Under the pieces are notes generated by a model, which saw only the letters and a list, made by a program, of their open reading frames with translations, did no database searches and was not told where the DNA came from. DNA of 64,000 nt from Thermoproteota archaeon (GTDB lineage Archaea; Korarchaeota; JAOZGF01; JAOZFZ01). Shown in pieces: positions 58,181 to 64,000 of the stretch. Location: NCBI GenBank assembly GCA_027492035.1, contig JAOZFT010000004.1:192001-256000 (forward strand), in the 5' to 3' direction. A program made the translations under genes and the position numbers. Position 1 is the first letter of the stretch; every line of letters begins with the position of its first letter.

Positions 58181-60121
58181 TTAGGGGTATATTTTTGTGA
58201 CAAAGGAGCTTCCTGAGGGAACAAATTTCTCTAAACATGAACGAATTTCCTTTAACAATTTTTTTCCTACAGCTCCCTTATAAAAACTTGTAATTTCCTT
58301 AATTATAAAGTTTATAGTAGCCTGTTTTGTTAAATGGTTTGGTGTCAATTTAAAAACTAAGTCGTTTCTTTCACTCTTATACAGGAAAGTTGAGGGGAGG
58401 ATTTGTAGGTAATCATTTACCCTTTTTATTTTTAAAAAAAGTAGTAGAGGAACCTTCCTCATGTATTTCCTTTCACCTTTGACGAAGAAACTTCCGTGGG
58501 GAAGATATTGTCCTGAAGGAGCTGACACCTTAATTTGCTCCCCTCTAGTGAAGTAAACATCAACGGAATTATAGCCCCTTCTCCATGCGGAAGAATAACT
58601 CGCAGTGAAAATTGCAGCTTCTTCCACCTCTTTCTCAGTTATTTTTCTTCGGTCGGTTTTAATTACAGTTGCAGGTGAGCCATGGATATCTGCGTGCAGA
58701 AAAAAGTCCTCTTTAGACATGTGTTTTCTCACAATTGCATTGTTTTGTTTAATGTTTCTCCCTGCTACCACAAGATGATTAAGGGAAGTATACATCCAAC
58801 GATATTGTGAATACCACTTATTAATGAGTAAAATCCCTTCTAGCGGTTCAGTTGGGAGTTGAGGTTTTGATTTAACAGCCTTGATTTTTTGAATTGTGGC
58901 TTTAATTTGTCTTTCAGCCTTCTCAATTTTAGACTTTAATTTTTTAGATTTTTCGTAAAGTTCATTTATTACGTCTGTGACCTTTTTATCAAAGGGAAAA
59001 AGGATTTCGCCTACGTTAGAGCATAAAACAGCTTTCTTTTTGATTCTGTCCACTTTCCATTTAGTGAGGCGCGGAGTTTCATTTCTCTTTAATAACTCTA
59101 AATCCTCTTTTATTTCATCTAGATGAAGAGATGCAAATTCAGCTTTCCTTTTATATGCTTCAGCCTCTGCCAAATATCTCCTCACTGTTTCCCTTTGGCT
59201 TTCCAGTACCCTTTTCAATTTTTCAACTTCTGGTTTCTTCATTTTGACTTGTTTTATAGAATAAAAAAATGAATCAACTGCCTCGTTAAAGGAGTTGAAC
59301 TCTATTCTTCGGAGTTTCTGGTAAAGGGCAAGCTGAAGAGGGGAAAAATCGTAATACTTCGAATCTTTAAGATAAATGTACCCCCTAATTCTTCCTGGTA
59401 GTGCATTAAACAGTTGCTCTCGAAGCTGTTCAATAGATGAAATCAATCTATCGATTTCTTCATCCTTTAAAGAATTTACATGCTCTTTTTCATCCACACT
59501 CGCTCTTTTATGGATTTCTTTTATTTCCTTAGTTCCTAAATTAAGATTTTTGTAGAAAAAGCCGAAAACATCCATTTCCGAGCTTTCTTTAAGCCTGCTT
59601 AAAAGGTCTTTGATCCAGTAATCACTTATAATGCTGATCTTTTCGTTGGGTGGGGGAATATACCTCTCTCCCTTAACTATCTCTCTATGTCTCGTTTTTA
59701 GGGGTCTTAAAGCACGAATTATCTGCCCAGCCGAGTCGGTTAAAATTAAATTTCCATTCCTAAACATTTCAACTATAAGCTTGAATGATTCCTTTCCTTT
59801 AGTTACCGTTAACTGGATTACTCTGTCGAAGTTAATTTGTTTTATTTCAGTAAGAAACCCTCCATTCAAGTATTTCCTCAAAGTCATGGAAAAGGGGGGT
59901 GCAATTTTTTTCTTTTCAATTTTGTGGCTTGTTAAGTGTAACCTTTTACCTAACTCAATAATTAATTCCCTGTTTCCTTGTGACGGTGTATAAAAAATGA
60001 TTGTGAAAAGGTTATTGCTTAACTGATAAATCCTCCTGACTCTACTTTTTAACAAAACATTTTTTAATTCTTCAACTATAAACCTTAAATCTACATTTGA
60101 CATAGCCTTTTCTTCGGGCAT
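58181..60121 (-). CDS. rqcH: Ribosome quality-control factor Rqc2/NEMF homolog
   Basis: MSNVDL, FSMTLRKYL, FDRVI, GNLILTD, AGRN, HADIHGSP, SAPSGQYLPHGSF. Confidence 0.92.
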   Translation of the reverse strand: MPEEKAMSNVDLRFIVEELKNVLLKSRVRRIYQLSNNLFTIIFYTPSQGNRELIIELGKRLHLTSHKIEKKKIAPPFSMTLRKYLNGGFLTEIKQINFDRVIQLTVTKGKESFKLIVEMFRNGNLILTDSAGQIIRALRPLKTRHREIVKGERYIPPPNEKISIISDYWIKDLLSRLKESSEMDVFGFFYKNLNLGTKEIKEIHKRASVDEKEHVNSLKDEEIDRLISSIEQLREQLFNALPGRIRGYIYLKDSKYYDFSPLQLALYQKLRRIEFNSFNEAVDSFFYSIKQVKMKKPEVEKLKRVLESQRETVRRYLAEAEAYKRKAEFASLHLDEIKEDLELLKRNETPRLTKWKVDRIKKKAVLCSNVGEILFPFDKKVTDVINELYEKSKKLKSKIEKAERQIKATIQKIKAVKSKPQLPTEPLEGILLINKWYSQYRWMYTSLNHLVVAGRNIKQNNAIVRKHMSKEDFFLHADIHGSPATVIKTDRRKITEKEVEEAAIFTASYSSAWRRGYNSVDVYFTRGEQIKVSAPSGQYLPHGSFFVKGERKYMRKVPLLLFLKIKRVNDYLQILPSTFLYKSERNDLVFKLTPNHLTKQATINFIIKEITSFYKGAVGKKLLKEIRSCLEKFVPSGSSFVTKIYP

Positions 60122-60152
60122 AAAATCATCTGAATCAAAAATTTTTAGGAGG

Positions 60153-61109
60153 ATGGATATGGAACAAACAGAAATAATTTTCTACATACATGTTTCGTCC
60201 GCCGTTTTTTCAGGGCTGATTGCCAGTTTCCTCAACTTGGATGCAATTACTGGTTTCTCTCTTTTCATAATTCTGTATATAAGTGTTTCCCAAGCACTTG
60301 GGCTCCTAAAAATAATTGATATAAAATTATTGGAAAAACCTGGAAAGCTTTATACCACTGGGTTGGTTACTTCTTTAGTAATTTTTATTGTGGTATGGAT
60401 AATTTCCACCAACCTTATCTTAGGAATAGCACCTAAAGTTGTTTTGATTCAATTAACTAATAAACCTGGTGTGGAAAAAATCACTTCCGAAAATTCAGCA
60501 GTAAAATACGTAACCGTTGACGGCTTCAAGTGTAATTCCTACTTCATAATTAAGCCTTACCAAAAAGACTTGAAAAGCGAAGAAGTTTACTTCGGGAAAC
60601 TGGTAAAGGATATTAAAAAGGAAAGGTACATCTTACTTAATGAACAGTTAAAAGAAGGGATCTTTTTTAATGTTAGTGATGAATCTATTCGCCCGTTTAA
60701 AAACTTTGTTGTAAAGGAAAATACAGATATTCAAATTCCTTGGATTTCAGGTAATTACGTTTTTAAAGTTTTTTCCACCCATTTGGTAATGGGTAACAAC
60801 TTGGTTTATTTCAATAACCTTGGTTACTCAGAATTACCTATCAACTTTAGTGGTAAAACATTCTTTTTCACCTTGAAAAAGGAAGGACAAAATGCAAGCG
60901 GAATCAACCTTACAATTTACGGCCCGGTTTTGCCGGAGGGAAACCTTTCCAAGAACAATACCCTAAATCTTTCCTCATTAACACCTTTAATACTACGTGA
61001 AAAAGAGGGTTTATTTGTGGCAAAGCCTCCCAAATATGTTTTAAAGGTTAATAAACCTATTCTGTTGGGGGAAGTTTACATAGTACTTTCTGGTATCCCC
61101 AGCGATTAA
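60153..61109 (+). CDS. Membrane protein: 3-TM EMC6/Rab5ip-like N-terminus plus soluble C-terminal domain
   Basis: Three hydrophobic helices ending KLYTTGLVTSLVIFIVVWIISTNL, then about 225 hydrophilic residues. Confidence 0.55.
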   Translation: MDMEQTEIIFYIHVSSAVFSGLIASFLNLDAITGFSLFIILYISVSQALGLLKIIDIKLLEKPGKLYTTGLVTSLVIFIVVWIISTNLILGIAPKVVLIQLTNKPGVEKITSENSAVKYVTVDGFKCNSYFIIKPYQKDLKSEEVYFGKLVKDIKKERYILLNEQLKEGIFFNVSDESIRPFKNFVVKENTDIQIPWISGNYVFKVFSTHLVMGNNLVYFNNLGYSELPINFSGKTFFFTLKKEGQNASGINLTIYGPVLPEGNLSKNNTLNLSSLTPLILREKEGLFVAKPPKYVLKVNKPILLGEVYIVLSGIPSD

Positions 61110-61110
61110 A

Positions 61111-61974
61111 GTGATCATAGACATGAGAAAAAAACCTTTAGAAAAAGTTTTATGCGGTGTAGTAGGAGATGAAATGTTGAAGCATGTCCCTTCTTCCTTT
61201 GATTTAGTTGGTAACATCGCAATAATTAAAGTGCCTCCTGAACTGGAAAATTACAAATTTAAAATCGGAGAAGCAATATCTAGACTTTATAAGAGCGTTA
61301 AAACAGTTTTAAACGTTTCAAAACCTACTGAAGGAAGTTATAGATTGAGAAAGTATGAGGTAATCTGGGGAGAAGAAACAACCCAAACAATACATAAAGA
61401 ATATGGTTGCAGGTTTAAAGTGGATTTACAAAAGGTTTTCTTTAACCCAAGGCTCTCCTTTGAAAGGAAAAGGATAGTTGATTCCGTCAAACCCTTCGAA
61501 ACAATCATAAACATGTTTGCAGGAAGCGGTATAGTCTCTGTATTAATAGCTAAATGGAAACCAGAAATTGACAAGGTTTACTCGATAGACATAAACCCAG
61601 AAGCTTATCTTTCAATGAAAGAGAACATGTTCTTAAACAAAGTAGAAAACAAGATCATTCCCATACTAGGAAACGCAGAAAAGGTTATTAAAGAATTTCT
61701 CTTGGGTGTAGCAGACAGGGTTATAATGCTCCTACCTTCATTTGCATTAAATTATTTAGAAGCTGCAATAGAGGGTTTAAAGAAAGAAGGAGGTGTAATA
61801 CATTTTTACCATGAATGCCGAGCAGCCAATAAAGATGAAGCCATTAAAAAAACCTTGAATGCTTTAAAAGAAAAATTTAAAAACGACATCTCCTTCAAAT
61901 ACGGAGAGAAAAGAGTTGTTAGGTCTGTATCTCCTCACATATACCACGTCGCGGTTGACTTAGTTTTTAGGTAA
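61111..61974 (+). CDS. Trm5/Taw2-family tRNA methyltransferase
   Basis: FDLVGNIAI, HKEYGCRFKVD, FNPRLSFER, NMFAGSG, DINP, DRVIM. Confidence 0.9.
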   Translation: MIIDMRKKPLEKVLCGVVGDEMLKHVPSSFDLVGNIAIIKVPPELENYKFKIGEAISRLYKSVKTVLNVSKPTEGSYRLRKYEVIWGEETTQTIHKEYGCRFKVDLQKVFFNPRLSFERKRIVDSVKPFETIINMFAGSGIVSVLIAKWKPEIDKVYSIDINPEAYLSMKENMFLNKVENKIIPILGNAEKVIKEFLLGVADRVIMLLPSFALNYLEAAIEGLKKEGGVIHFYHECRAANKDEAIKKTLNALKEKFKNDISFKYGEKRVVRSVSPHIYHVAVDLVFR

Positions 61975-62046
61975 TGAACCGAGTTTGTCTAAAAGTAACT
62001 TGTAAATGTATGGTCTACATAAGTGCATATCTGATCTGGAAGGAGA

Positions 62047-64000
62047 ATGAGTGAGTTGGAACTAAATAACCCAACAAAGATGTGGAAAAGGAATTTATCA
62101 GTTTTTATGATTAGCTTCTTTTTCGGGATTTTCTGGGCAGTTCTTCAGGTTGTTTTTGAAGTGATAGGTTATTTTTGGCTTGGAGAAATAGCGATAACCG
62201 CAATGATGTTTACTTATCTCCTCTTCTTCGCCATGAACAAGTTAATGAAACAAAAAACAGGGCAATACAGTGACTATGGGTTCGTTTTCGGAACCATTGA
62301 AATGGTTTTCGGCATAGGATACGGTTATCTTTCTCTCCTAATAAGTCTGATTTTCATGGCTGCTTTACCGGAGAAATTCAGCCCAGTAGCGCAGTATCTC
62401 CCAAACTTTTTACTGCCACCCAAATCTAATCTGGAAAATTTTGTGAACGGGGGAGGGTTCAGTTTTTCATCTTGGCTACCACAAATAATTATCTACTTCT
62501 TTCTTGGTCTAACAATGGTTTTCCTTTCGTTTTTCATTGTTTTATGGGTTAGAAAATTCGTAGTAAGGGATAGTAGAGCCGTTTTTCCAATTGCAGAAGC
62601 AGCTTCAATTCTAATTTCTTCTTTTGAAAGAGGAAACAAAAAAGTTTTAAGGTATGTTTTGCTGGGTGTACTTGTAGGTTACTTTTTGCAAGCCTTTAGA
62701 ACCGGACATATTTTGTGGTTTATGGCTCCAGGTTTCCCAACTTTACCTGAGTATCTTGACTTAAGTTCATATTTACAAAAGTATTTACCAGGCGCGTCCT
62801 TAATGCTTGATTTGAGGGTACCAGTATTCGCTTTCTCTTACTTCATTCCTCTAAATGTACAAATAAGCACTTTCATTTTCTCCGTTATAGCCTATCTCAT
62901 GCTATCCCCCCTGGGAGTGAAGCAGGGGATGATTCCTTGGGAACAAGGTAGAACAGGGTTATTTTATCAACTTTCTGCTGGAAGAACAGGGTTCTACTTT
63001 CTTTACCAAGTTATAGGAGGGTTAATAGCTGTTTCTTGCATCCCATTAGTAATAAAGTGGAGTGAAATGAAGAAAACATCTAAAACTGAGAATAAGAGAT
63101 TAAGGGGAGGAAAAGATAAGATACTACCCCAAAATTATCTTTTTATAGGTTTGCTTACCCTCTTTTTGGTTTCAGTAGTTCTGCTGACCTTGTTGAACGT
63201 TTCCTTTTATATAAGCCTATTTATAGTGTTAGCTAATGTCTTATTCGCAATAGCGAATATCTGGGTTTTTTCTTCGTCAAACTTGTTTATTCCTACCAGA
63301 TGGATGGTGACTAGGTCGCTATTTAATTTCTTCTTCCCTACACATGAAATAAATAAAGAAACAGTAGGGAGCGTAGTAGCTTCTCATGTAGTTGGAGAAA
63401 CAGTGCAACCTGTTTCAGTTACTGGAATGGAAACATTTAAATTAGCTTTTAAAGGGAAAATGGAAGGGAGAAAAATGCTTATAGCCCAAATACTTGGAGT
63501 AACTATTGCATTAGCTGTAACCCTCACCTTCACTATATGGCTATCCTCAACTATCGGAACGTTTACCAGAATTTTCCCTTTACAATCTACAGCGCAGCAC
63601 ATACCCCTAGGGATTATAGGGCTTTTCAAGGACAAGTTAAAAGTAGAAAACTGGTCATCAGTTGGTGTAGGATTTATAGTCTCAACCCTCCTATTCTACC
63701 TTGACAAACTCTATCCCTTTTTAGAGCTTTCTCCCTACGGTTTCATATTAGGCCTTTTCTTTGGTACAAGTTACGGCTTCCTTTTCTTTCTAACTGGCTT
63801 ATTTAAAGTAGCAACCAAGAAATATAAAGAAAAGGTTCTACCGTTTATGATTGGGCTAGGTATAGGCAGCATATTAGAAATTATTGTTTTCCTTTTCTCG
63901 TGGGTGATTTTCAACTTAGGTTATAGCTCCTCTACGGTACCTGGTGTAGCATCTATTGTTATTGCAGCTGCTCTTATTTATGTTATAGTGTTTAGTTTAA
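62047..64000 (+). CDS. Partial multi-pass membrane protein, OPT-superfamily-like transporter (runs off window end)
   Basis: Frame open from ATG at 62047 to window end; many TM helices; AVFPIAEAA and LPGASL motifs. Confidence 0.65.
   Translation, partial: MSELELNNPTKMWKRNLSVFMISFFFGIFWAVLQVVFEVIGYFWLGEIAITAMMFTYLLFFAMNKLMKQKTGQYSDYGFVFGTIEMVFGIGYGYLSLLISLIFMAALPEKFSPVAQYLPNFLLPPKSNLENFVNGGGFSFSSWLPQIIIYFFLGLTMVFLSFFIVLWVRKFVVRDSRAVFPIAEAASILISSFERGNKKVLRYVLLGVLVGYFLQAFRTGHILWFMAPGFPTLPEYLDLSSYLQKYLPGASLMLDLRVPVFAFSYFIPLNVQISTFIFSVIAYLMLSPLGVKQGMIPWEQGRTGLFYQLSAGRTGFYFLYQVIGGLIAVSCIPLVIKWSEMKKTSKTENKRLRGGKDKILPQNYLFIGLLTLFLVSVVLLTLLNVSFYISLFIVLANVLFAIANIWVFSSSNLFIPTRWMVTRSLFNFFFPTHEINKETVGSVVASHVVGETVQPVSVTGMETFKLAFKGKMEGRKMLIAQILGVTIALAVTLTFTIWLSSTIGTFTRIFPLQSTAQHIPLGIIGLFKDKLKVENWSSVGVGFIVSTLLFYLDKLYPFLELSPYGFILGLFFGTSYGFLFFLTGLFKVATKKYKEKVLPFMIGLGIGSILEIIVFLFSWVIFNLGYSSSTVPGVASIVIAAALIYVIVFSL

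Noticed and set aside
61971-62034. Possible C/D sRNA (GTAATGA...CTAA...CTGA) after the Trm5-family gene
   Set aside because: C box is imperfect, there is no clear C' box, and I could not identify a target for either guide
483-63635. Many 60-205 aa ORFs antisense to or nested in housekeeping genes (e.g. 31464-32081, 42791-43324, 5875-6324, 63384-63635)
   Set aside because: They are shadow frames of well-supported genes and show no recognisable motifs

Overview
This is a low-GC archaeal chromosomal window. It combines PolD with Elf1, eS26, Alba, a GPN GTPase and ZPR1, which suggests a PolD-containing TACK- or Asgard-related lineage (inference). Most of it is housekeeping: translation and ribosome biogenesis, RNA polymerase subunits, ether-lipid synthesis, DNA replication and repair, and tRNA modification. 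The main finding is that the alba gene (minus, 39764-40093) is split by a 36-nt intron with a canonical bulge-helix-bulge (BHB) motif. The intron carries an in-frame UGA, and removing it restores the Alba motif IGRKPTMNYVLA, so this is a candidate mRNA intron spliced by the tRNA endonuclease. Six of the 8 tRNA genes carry a total of 9 introns, three at non-canonical positions (14/15, 30/31, 59/60). The window also holds: an unannotated box C/D guide RNA whose two guides both match tRNA-Leu; a probable replication origin (inverted ORBs around an AT-rich core at about 12.3 kb) next to a small winged-helix gene rather than cdc6; a decayed integron-like cassette array with two attC-like sites, one broken by an 81-bp inversion; and a 568-bp element with perfect 40-bp terminal inverted repeats carrying a passenger pseudogene. 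No CRISPR array or rRNA gene was seen. All calls were made by eye and no database searches were run.
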